Under the pieces are notes generated by a model. The model saw nothing but the letters and a program-made list of their open reading frames with translations. It searched no databases and was not told the DNA's origin. Shown piece after piece: positions 45,701 through 52,345 of a stretch of 54,375 nt of DNA. Location: contig WJKE01000102.1 in NCBI GenBank assembly GCA_014729275.1, forward strand, positions 1 to 54,375. The letters are read 5' to 3'. The first letter of the stretch is position 1; each line of letters begins with the position of its first letter. The position numbers and the translations under genes are program-made. This DNA is from Candidatus Peregrinibacteria bacterium (lineage in GTDB: Bacteria > Patescibacteriota > Gracilibacteria > UBA1369 > LOWO2-01-FULL-3).

Positions 45701-45952
45701 CAAGAATATAGTTTTAAATTTAAGAGTTCTCACATTTACAACTGGGATAAATTTATAGAAGAATTTAAGAAACAAAAAATTAAATTATCTTTATCTCAAA
45801 AAGATGAATTACTTCAAATTTTTGAAAAATATCAAAAGGAAATATTTGATTTTGATAATAAGATTAAGGCCATCGAGGAACAAATAAATAATGAAGTATT
45901 TGATTTATATGACTTAACTGATGATGAGAGAAGAATCGTATTAAATTTTTAA
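42788..45952 (+). CDS. type IIG/IIL restriction-modification fusion enzyme (N-terminal PD-ExK nuclease + Eco57I-like N6-adenine methyltransferase + TaqI_C-like target-recognition domain)
   Basis: 1054 aa with a GTG start. Nuclease-like PDAILG...VCEIKDAN. Methyltransferase motif I VLDPACGSGAFL and motif IV VIVGNPPYV. TRD-like region IWRFIP...GGIKYGIKTGYNTAFII. Confidence 0.8.
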   Translation: MASIFKQKKLKEELEKFEILEFEQKLEIVKKWHKAYEDGSLQKKSEKEVEQEFIQSFFVDILGYTRFPENPHTIIPQGKVQKAGGQKPDAILGCFEEDKKIKRVSAVCEIKDANTPLDKSQQRAGSMTPVQQAFKYKYQYDRCDFVIATNFFEIRLLQDTELHYEKWTLKTLVDEKNDYFDFKKFYYLLCEKNFVAKTGQSRTEKLLSEIRIEEEAITKKFYGEYKSLRLSLIGNILANNEEFLGENALDIAIEKAQKIIDRIVFVCFCEDLDLLPQHKLKEVVNHTEKVGLALPIWDIMKGFFNAIDRGSEKLEIPHGFNGELFKQDPLLEGLRIDDELCKRFVDLGKYDFSEDLTVNILGHIFEQSISDIEDLKALDDVEELTKKKSKRKKEGIFYTPEYIVDYIVKNSVGTWLKEREKELLKKHGVKEGIEDKNYKKRYQAAYEEYQGVLQNIKVLDPACGSGAFLVKVFDYLLEENKRVGEILGNIFSDEGYIKDILQNNIYGVDLNEESVEITKLSLWLKTAEKGKKLTTLKENIKCGNSLIDDVEVAGDKAFIWEKEFKEIMEAGGFDVIVGNPPYVRQELLNSKIKEFLNVKYDNVGSFTADLYVYFFGLSLRLLNSKGFLGFIAPNKWMERKYGFNMRCYIKNYNIIYIVNYGELKIFEDASTEPAIYIIKNIESQDDINYSRLENLALAQATANYHYEKYKKFNLDDKIWRFIPKENQVILNKFLKSNKKISTIGDYTKGGIKYGIKTGYNTAFIIKEEQKELLIENDIKSSEIIKPMVEGDDFSDWHLIKQDKYMLATGYDLDIPSVYPAIYEYLKSYEEKLINRYDKGVNYWNLRACDYYDLLEKPKIIFYHTAKHHSFYYDEEGLYISANCYFITNVDRYLQCFLNSKLFQFVKRYLFPSFGDPEKGGRMRLDANQMRKVPIVIPEANQKDEFHKLAEKISKFSTERQSVLDKFDKLLKQEYSFKFKSSHIYNWDKFIEEFKKQKIKLSLSQKDELLQIFEKYQKEIFDFDNKIKAIEEQINNEVFDLYDLTDDERRIVLNF

Positions 45953-45958
45953 TTAATT

Positions 45959-46711
45959 ATGTCCGAATATTACACACCAAAAAGAACCAGAAATTTATAT
46001 GCCACTAAAAGTAAAGAACCTTTTAAATTAAGTCGGTCCAAAATAGATTTATTTGTTGAATGTCCTAAATGTTTTTATTTAGATAGAAAATTGGGAGTTG
46101 CAAGACCTCCTGGCTTTCCTTTTGCTCTTAATAGTGCTGTAGATGCTTTGTTAAAACAAGAGTTTGATATTCACAGACTTAAAGGGACAAAACATCCTTT
46201 GATTAAAAAATATGGTATTGATGCTATTCCAATTTCACATGTTGAACTTGATAATTGGAGAAATAATTTTAAAGGCGTGCAATATCTTCACAAATCCACA
46301 AATTTACTCATTTTTGGAGCTATAGACGATCTTTGGCAGAATTCAAAGGGTGAGTTCATTGTTGTAGATTACAAGGCTACAGCGAAAGCTGAAGATATCA
46401 CGGTGCTTGATAAAAGTTGGCATGAGGGTTATAAGAGGCAAATGGAAGTTTACCAATGGCTATTGAGAAAAAATGGATACAAGGTCTCTGACATCGGTTA
46501 TTTTGTTTATTGTAATGGGAAAGCGGACCGAAAGGCTTTTGATGGAAAACTTGAATTTGATGTTACCGTGATCCCTTATAAAGGTTCTGATAAATGGGTG
46601 CCGAAAAAAATTAAAGAAACTTATAAGTGTTTGAATTCTTCAAAGATTCCAAAAGCTTCTGAGGATTGTGATTATTGTAATTATAGAGATGCTGTTTCAA
46701 GTGTACTTTAA
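45959..46711 (+). CDS. Cas4/RecB-like PD-(D/E)xK nuclease with four-Cys cluster
   Basis: 250 aa, 6 nt after the RM gene. N-terminal CPKC, core GAIDDLW...FIVVDYKAT (D...D-Y-K), QMEVYQWL (QxxxY), C-terminal CDYC. Confidence 0.65.
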   Translation: MSEYYTPKRTRNLYATKSKEPFKLSRSKIDLFVECPKCFYLDRKLGVARPPGFPFALNSAVDALLKQEFDIHRLKGTKHPLIKKYGIDAIPISHVELDNWRNNFKGVQYLHKSTNLLIFGAIDDLWQNSKGEFIVVDYKATAKAEDITVLDKSWHEGYKRQMEVYQWLLRKNGYKVSDIGYFVYCNGKADRKAFDGKLEFDVTVIPYKGSDKWVPKKIKETYKCLNSSKIPKASEDCDYCNYRDAVSSVL

Positions 46712-46800
46712 TCTAAAATTACAATAGTTTTTGAGGCTTATAAAAAAGAGTCCCTTAAGCGAAAATTTGAGTTTTTCGTCTATATAAAAAAGGGGCAAAA

Positions 46801-46839
46801 AAATAGTATTTTCGGGTATATAAAAAGAGATTATTTTTT
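46801..46839 (+). promoter_or_regulatory. conserved upstream motif, copy 1 (AAATAGTATTTTCGGGTATATAAAAAGAGATTATTTTTT)
   Basis: Nearly identical to 47670..47709. Contains a TATATAA -10-like element. A degenerate extra copy lies at 46772..46793. Lies 47 nt upstream of the ATG at 46886. Confidence 0.45.
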
Positions 46840-46885
46840 AATAAATATTTTATAGATGATATAATCATTGCCTTAATAATTTATT

Positions 46886-47671
46886 ATGAAAAGTTCTTTT
46901 ACGATAAAAGTTTCTAAGCCATTATCGGAGGGAGAGGCAAAACCAGAAGCTATGGTGGGAGATGCTGAAGGTAATTGGAAACCTACGGACAAAATAATTT
47001 GGGCTAGAATGCATGTTGAAAATGACATTAAAGAATTGGAAGAAATTTTTAATCCGTATAAAGAATATTTTTCAACTGGTCGAATAAAAAATATTCGATA
47101 TAAATTATATGCTTTAAGATATGAAAAAGAAGCTTATATAAAGGCTGAAGAAGAAAAAGAGCGTGAATATAAAAAAGGATTTCAACCGGGTTTAGGAATG
47201 GAATTTACAGAATCAAATTTGAGAGCTCTATATCGAGTAGAGTCTTTTCTTTTTCAAGCAAAAAGTACATTAGATATTATGTCTCTTATTTTAAAGGATA
47301 AAATCCAAAATTATACCTTTGAGGGGTTTGGAAAATCTTGTGACGAAAATAATGAGGAGCTTGCAGGTCAAAAGATTATAAAGGAATTAAAAAAAATAGA
47401 TTCTGAACATGATTTTGAACCCTTGATAAAATTAATAAAGGACAATCAGTCTTGGCTTACTGAATTAGTAAAAGAAAGAGACAAGATTGCTCATAATACT
47501 TCTATTCAAGCTTTATGGTTTGTTGAGCTTACATATAAAGGGGGTGATTATCTTGAAATTGTTTATCCCCATATGCCCAACGATATTCGAATAAAAGAAT
47601 ATTTAGAATTAGTTGAAAGAAGGTTACATATTTTTGTGCAGAATTTTTTATCTTTGGTTTCAAAATTTTAA
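46886..47671 (+). CDS. hypothetical protein with HEPN-like R-x4-H motif (RDKIAH)
   Basis: 261 aa. ELVKERDKIAHNTS resembles the R[ND]xxAH catalytic motif of Abi-type HEPN RNases. This is single-motif evidence only. Confidence 0.4.
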   Translation: MKSSFTIKVSKPLSEGEAKPEAMVGDAEGNWKPTDKIIWARMHVENDIKELEEIFNPYKEYFSTGRIKNIRYKLYALRYEKEAYIKAEEEKEREYKKGFQPGLGMEFTESNLRALYRVESFLFQAKSTLDIMSLILKDKIQNYTFEGFGKSCDENNEELAGQKIIKELKKIDSEHDFEPLIKLIKDNQSWLTELVKERDKIAHNTSIQALWFVELTYKGGDYLEIVYPHMPNDIRIKEYLELVERRLHIFVQNFLSLVSKF

Positions 47672-47709
47672 ATAGTTTTTTCGGGTATATAAAAAGAGAT
47701 TAATTTTTT
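47670..47709 (+). promoter_or_regulatory. conserved upstream motif, copy 2 (AAATAGTTTTTTCGGGTATATAAAAAGAGATTAATTTTTT)
   Basis: Nearly identical to 46801..46839. Starts at the stop codon of the preceding gene and ends 10 nt before the ATG at 47719. Confidence 0.45.
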
Positions 47710-47718
47710 GGAATAAAA

Positions 47719-48423
47719 ATGTATTATTCGGCTATGGAAGATTTTTTGTTTTACCTGCAATTACTGATTAAATCAGTGCCTTCATTTAATGAGGGGGTCG
47801 AGGCTATTCGAAATAAATATAAATGCTACCCTTCGACCTCTATGCATGATAACAGGGCTGATTTAAGAGATGTCCGGAAATTAATGGAAGAACATTTTAT
47901 TCCGGATAAGGAAAAATATTTGGACCTCGTTTGTAAATTTATATACACAAATACCTTTTCCAATAAATATCTCGTTAGAGACTGTTTAAATGCCTCTGAG
48001 GAGCATCCCAGAGAGTTGGTCGTTACACGCCCGGCTATAACAATACATATTTTTGAAAAGATGAATGAGGAGGAATGGAGGGATATTTGGAGTAAATATA
48101 TAAAAGAGGGGCATTTAGAAATTAATTATGGAGATCATATCGAAGGACCGGCGTGGTTAGAAAAAGAAGATAAAAGGGAATACTTGAATAAAATGTCTAT
48201 TGAAGCTTTAAAGCGTCCTCATAGTGATATTAAGAAACAATTAAATTTTCGTTTGGCTTTTAAACTTTTTGGGCTTCGTAAGAATCGAGTTGAAATTTCT
48301 GAAATTTTAGATAAAATGGCATCGATAAAGGAAGAATGTGGAATTAGTAAGAAGAGAATATTTACAAAAGAAGAGGTTAATCAAATGATTTCCGACTTCG
48401 CAAAAGAGTTAGAAAAGCTTTAG
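47719..48423 (+). CDS. hypothetical protein (island cargo)
   Basis: 234-aa ORF preceded by the conserved motif. No domain recognised. Confidence 0.45.
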   Translation: MYYSAMEDFLFYLQLLIKSVPSFNEGVEAIRNKYKCYPSTSMHDNRADLRDVRKLMEEHFIPDKEKYLDLVCKFIYTNTFSNKYLVRDCLNASEEHPRELVVTRPAITIHIFEKMNEEEWRDIWSKYIKEGHLEINYGDHIEGPAWLEKEDKREYLNKMSIEALKRPHSDIKKQLNFRLAFKLFGLRKNRVEISEILDKMASIKEECGISKKRIFTKEEVNQMISDFAKELEKL

Positions 48424-48520
48424 TCTAGAGCACGATAAATCCCCGCGAACTTTACTCTGAGGATTTTTTTATAATGTTGATTTACCATCGGGTTGCTTTT
48501 GTAATTAAAGAAAACATCCC

Positions 48521-49504
48521 GTGATAGATGAATCAAACAAATTGTGGAAATTACTGCCGGATTCGGAAATTAAATCTTTCAAATCCAAAGTACCCCCAAA
48601 CCAAAAACCATTATGGTTTTACTGGAATGAATTTGTCCATAAATATTTAAGAACCGGTAAAAGTGAAATAACGGTTAGTAATGTTCGTGATGCATTAAGG
48701 TTTATAATCCGGAATGTGAGTCTGTATTCTATTGAACAGGTTAATGATCACCGGACTTTGGAAGATTTTTTGCATAAGGTAAAAGACAAGAGGGGGCTTA
48801 ATCCAACGACATTTAATACTTATTTGAAAAATCTAAATACATTTTTTATTTGGCTTCACAGACAGGATTATATTGCTGATAACAATATTTTGAAGGTTCA
48901 AAAATGCAAACAGACCGAGAACGAACAATATATATTATCCGAGACTCAGGTTAAACAGATTGTCTCTCATATTCATGACCGGAGACAAACACGTTTATTG
49001 AGATTCAGAAATATTTTTTTTATTGATTTGCTTAGGTTTACCGGGGCAAGGCCTTGTGAGATACAGGAAATTCAATGTAAGGATATAAGAGGTGAAAAAG
49101 GGACATACGTCTTAGTGATTCATGGGAAAAAGCAGAAAGGAAAACCACGGTATTATAGATTCCCTTCGTGGCTTAGGGATTCTTATGAGAATTATGTTTC
49201 TTACCGGTCCCGTGTCCGTGATAACGAGTCTTATTTGTTCATTTCTTCGTCAACACAGGGGCGGTGGACTTCTAAGGGGATGAAATGCCTCTTTAACAAA
49301 CTGTCTGATGAATTGGGCTTTAGAGTAATTGCTTACGGTTTCAGGAGGTATGTGGCAACAAAGCTATATTTAGCTGAGGTCCCGATGACAGACATTCAAC
49401 AATATTTAGGGCATACAAGGATTACTACGACTATAAGGTATGTTGAGAGGACATGTGCTTTGACTAAGAAGGGGGCGGATGTGATGGGGAAGGCGTTAAA
49501 TTAA
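48521..49504 (+). CDS. tyrosine recombinase/integrase (second, inward-facing copy)
   Basis: 327 aa with a GTG start. Has FTGARPCEI (Arg I), HGKKQKGK (Lys), YGFRRYVAT (box II, with the His apparently replaced) and LGHTRITTTIRY (His/Tyr). Confidence 0.75.
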   Translation: MIDESNKLWKLLPDSEIKSFKSKVPPNQKPLWFYWNEFVHKYLRTGKSEITVSNVRDALRFIIRNVSLYSIEQVNDHRTLEDFLHKVKDKRGLNPTTFNTYLKNLNTFFIWLHRQDYIADNNILKVQKCKQTENEQYILSETQVKQIVSHIHDRRQTRLLRFRNIFFIDLLRFTGARPCEIQEIQCKDIRGEKGTYVLVIHGKKQKGKPRYYRFPSWLRDSYENYVSYRSRVRDNESYLFISSSTQGRWTSKGMKCLFNKLSDELGFRVIAYGFRRYVATKLYLAEVPMTDIQQYLGHTRITTTIRYVERTCALTKKGADVMGKALN

Positions 49505-50709
49505 TTTATTCCTCTAAAGAACGGATATAATTCTTTAATTTCATTTGAAAGCCCAAACTTATTGAAAGTTGTCATGGCTATTCTCAAAATATGAGGGTGC
49601 TCTTCTAAATTTTCATAAATATCTAATTTTAATCTTTGAAGTCTTTCTCTTTTATTTAATATTTTTGAGAAATATAAAATTATTAAATTTTCAAGATTGT
49701 TTATATCTGTGATATTTATATTATTAAGTTCGGATTCTATTTCTATATGATTTTTTATTGATAAATAAGTAAATACTAGACTATTAGGGAATAATTCATC
49801 TTGGATTTTTGATATTTGTAAATTTTGAATAAACTTATTAAGAGTTTTTTGTCCAAATATTTTTTTAAAAAAATTTTGAAATCCAGTTCCCCATAATATT
49901 TCATTTGATTTAATTCTACATAAATCTGAAGTCTGATATGTAATTAGTGAAGAATTAAATAAATTTTTTGGTGAATAAATAATTAATAATAAATTCATTA
50001 TTTTTAAACACTTAATATGAAAAACTAAAATTTTTTTTACTTTCAGAATTTCTCGAATAATAAAGTCGTTTTGTAATAAAGTCTCAGAGCATAATGCCCC
50101 TTGCTTATGGGTATATTTTGATAAGTTATGATACATTTCTCCAATAAAGTTTTTAGAAATAATCGAATCATTATTTGCAAAGTCTGTATTATAGAGCTGA
50201 ATTGTATTTTTAAAATATTTTGCTTGATAATCTAAAATTGGTGTTAATGCCCCCTTAAAACTTATAGGGCAACTTCCGTTATCCCAACTTGTTAACTCAC
50301 TATTTATATTATCTTTTTGAAATAGAAGACCAAAAATTTTTACTACTGTCTCCAAACAATTTCTCAATAAGCTTGCACTGGAATTAATTTTGAAATTTTT
50401 AAGAAGAAGTAATGAATTTTCGATTTCAGAATATGATTCAAGAAAATATTTTAATATTTGTGAATAATTGTTTTTATTCTCCTTTTTGATTACGCTTAGA
50501 GATAGATTAAAAGTTTTAAACCAATTTGATTCAATAAATTCTATTTGCTTGAAATCTTCATCTTCACATATTTTTGTAAATAAAATTCTAAAAATTATAT
50601 CTAACTCTGGAAGATTTAATTTAACGTCTGTGTCATTTTGAATCATTAATTTATATACCTGTTGACTCTCTTTAATTTTATTTTCGACAATAGTTGGATC
50701 AGTAATCAT
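49501..50709 (-). CDS. hypothetical protein co-transcribed with the att-proximal integrase
   Basis: 402 aa in extremely AT-rich sequence. Starts 3 nt after the integrase stop. Its 3' end overlaps the convergent recombinase gene by 4 nt. No domain recognised. Confidence 0.45.
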   Translation of the reverse strand: MITDPTIVENKIKESQQVYKLMIQNDTDVKLNLPELDIIFRILFTKICEDEDFKQIEFIESNWFKTFNLSLSVIKKENKNNYSQILKYFLESYSEIENSLLLLKNFKINSSASLLRNCLETVVKIFGLLFQKDNINSELTSWDNGSCPISFKGALTPILDYQAKYFKNTIQLYNTDFANNDSIISKNFIGEMYHNLSKYTHKQGALCSETLLQNDFIIREILKVKKILVFHIKCLKIMNLLLIIYSPKNLFNSSLITYQTSDLCRIKSNEILWGTGFQNFFKKIFGQKTLNKFIQNLQISKIQDELFPNSLVFTYLSIKNHIEIESELNNINITDINNLENLIILYFSKILNKRERLQRLKLDIYENLEEHPHILRIAMTTFNKFGLSNEIKELYPFFRGIN

Positions 50710-50712
50710 GCC

Positions 50713-51609
50713 TTAATTTAACGAATGCATCTCAATCGATTTACTCAGTTGTTGATTTGAACAATAAAGGTAAATCGTGGTTGTGGTTATTCTACTATGT
50801 CCCATTATCTTAGATAAAGTATAAATGTCACAGCCCCCTTCGAGCATAAGGCGGGCGAATGCATGTCTTAAAATATGAGCGGAAAAATCTATTTCGGTCC
50901 TTTGTTTGATTTTATTTATAAGCTTCTTTATGCAACTCTCTGTTATTGGTTCATCTTTTTGAGCACCGGTGAAAAAGTGGATGCACGTTTTATTCATCCG
51001 GTCCCGTTCCTTCAAATATTCCTCCAATATTTGAGCAAGTTTGCAGTTTACGGGAACCAAGCGATCTTTACTCCATTTTGCCTGTGAGATGAATATTGTC
51101 CGGTTTTCCAACGAGACATCATTTAACTTTAGCTTTATGACCTCTTGCCTTCTCAGTCCGGCTAAGACCATAATTCCGATGATTGCACGATTCCGGTATC
51201 TTTCAATTTTAAAGTGATATCGCATATGATATGAGGTATCCAAAATCAGAGTTGCTTCGTCCTTTGATAAGGTTCGGGGGAGTTTGTGCTCTATGCGTGG
51301 TTTTTCAATCGATTCCAAATGATTCTCTTCAATGTGCTTTTCCCGAATAAGCCATTTGATAAAAGGATTTAAATGTTTATAGTGATCCCGAAATGTGGAA
51401 GCGGACCATTTCCTTTCAAGCCTTCCATTGTAAAACCATTTCTCCAAAAGATCCCTTGTTAGGTCCTGTGGATATTCGGCACCGGATTCTCTTAAGAATA
51501 ATTTAAAAGTAGTTTGGTATGATTTGATTGTGTACTTTGAAAAGTTTCGGATAATCGTGCAAAACTGGAGATAGCGAAACATAAGGTCCTTTAACTTTGG
51601 GGTGTCCAT
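50713..51609 (-). CDS. tyrosine recombinase/integrase (XerC/D-like), att-proximal
   Basis: 298 aa. Has LAGLRRQEV (Arg I), SAHILRHAFA (HxxR) and MGHSRITTTTIYLY (His, Tyr nucleophile). Adjacent to and co-oriented with the island tRNA-Thr. Confidence 0.85.
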   Translation of the reverse strand: MDTPKLKDLMFRYLQFCTIIRNFSKYTIKSYQTTFKLFLRESGAEYPQDLTRDLLEKWFYNGRLERKWSASTFRDHYKHLNPFIKWLIREKHIEENHLESIEKPRIEHKLPRTLSKDEATLILDTSYHMRYHFKIERYRNRAIIGIMVLAGLRRQEVIKLKLNDVSLENRTIFISQAKWSKDRLVPVNCKLAQILEEYLKERDRMNKTCIHFFTGAQKDEPITESCIKKLINKIKQRTEIDFSAHILRHAFARLMLEGGCDIYTLSKIMGHSRITTTTIYLYCSNQQLSKSIEMHSLN

Positions 51610-51649
51610 AAATAAGTGATTAAGAAATAAATCTTTATCACTCCAAACG

Positions 51650-51725
51650 TGGAGCCACCAAGCAGAATTGAACTGCTGACCTCGCCCTTACCATGGGCGC
51701 GCTCTACCAACTGAGCTATGGTGGC
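51650..51725 (-). tRNA. tRNA-Thr(GGT), complete, CCA encoded; island-borne
   Basis: Minus strand reads GCCACCATAGCTCAGTTGGTAGAGCGCGCCCATGGTAAGGGCGAGGTCAGCAGTTCAATTCTGCTTGGTGGCTCCA. Acceptor GCCACCA/TGGTGGC, anticodon stem CGCCC/GGGCG, loop ATGGTAA, T arm AGCAG/CTGCT. Confidence 0.9.
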
Positions 51726-51838
51726 TTAAAGTAATTTTTCAGGGCCACATCTCCGCAGGTGTGGCGTTTGTACTGATTTTCAATTGTTCGATTTCCTTAT
51801 CTTCCAGAGCAGAGTCGGTTCTTTTTTCGAGGGTCGCA

Positions 51839-51878
51839 TCCTTACCATGGAAGTGCTCTACCCCTGAGCTACCGCAGC
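51839..51878 (-). pseudogene. 5' half of the split host tRNA-Thr(GGT) (acceptor 5' strand to anticodon loop); attL side
   Basis: Minus strand reads GCTGCGGTAGCTCAGGGGTAGAGCACTTCCATGGTAAGGA and is then followed by non-tRNA sequence. The acceptor and anticodon-stem strands are exactly complementary to those in 41388..41433. Confidence 0.85.
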
Positions 51879-52086
51879 CGGTATAAAAATTCGCATCGAA
51901 TTTTACGGCATAGTTAGGGCTTTTTCAAGTTTTTGTGCAAAGTGTTTTTGTGCGGTATTTGGCTTAAAAAAAAGCGGAGAGCTCCTAGAAAGGATTCTCC
52001 GACTTTTATCTGCTTCTAGAATTATTTTATCTGATTAATCAAAATATGCAAGCTTTTCTATCCGGTTCTAAAAATACGCAGAGGTA

Positions 52087-52114
52087 TTGACTTTGTGCAA
52101 TTTTTCGCTAGTAT
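52087..52114 (+). promoter_or_regulatory. candidate sigma-70-type promoter for rpmG
   Basis: TTGACT, a 16-nt spacer, then TAGTAT, about 40 nt upstream of the rpmG ATG. Confidence 0.3.
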
Positions 52115-52152
52115 TTGCTTACATTCTTAAATTTTGATATCTAAAAATAATT

Positions 52153-52329
52153 ATGACAAAGGGAAAAAGTCAATGTTGTACATGGTTCTGCGGTCAATGT
52201 AATAAAGCCAATTATGTGACTTTCTACAATAGATCACGCAATGACGAAATTACAAAAGTATTAAAAAAATTCTGTCCCCAATGCCGAGCTCACTCTGAGC
52301 ACAAAAGGAAAGACACCAAAAAAGGGTAA
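52153..52329 (+). CDS. rpmG: 50S ribosomal protein L33
   Basis: 58 aa, below the ORF-track cutoff. Manual translation: MTKGKSQCCTWFCGQCNKANYVTFYNRSRNDEITKVLKKFCPQCRAHSEHKRKDTKKG. It has the CxxC...CxxC zinc ribbon and the KKFCPxCRxHxxHKE-like tail of L33. Confidence 0.85.
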   Translation: MTKGKSQCCTWFCGQCNKANYVTFYNRSRNDEITKVLKKFCPQCRAHSEHKRKDTKKG

Positions 52330-52345
52330 AAATTAACTTATTCAT

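Larger units (their letters stand above)
41434..51849. mobile_element. 10,416-bp integrated genomic island inserted in tRNA-Thr(GGT), bounded by the 11-bp direct repeat TCCTTACCATG (41423..41433 and 51839..51849)
   Basis: The split tRNA halves flank it. The identical 11-bp core sits at both junctions. Two tyrosine recombinase genes and a complete tRNA-Thr lie at the right end. Composition is visibly more AT-rich than the housekeeping flanks. Confidence 0.8.

Noticed and set aside
41388-51878. An alternative explanation for the split tRNA: a tRNA intron (group I or archaeal-type) or a trans-spliced split tRNA.
   Set aside because: The interruption is 10.4 kb and is flanked by an 11-bp direct repeat. 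It contains two integrases, an RM system and a complete second tRNA-Thr. It has no group I intron core and no bulge-helix-bulge at the junctions. Insertion by site-specific recombination fits far better.
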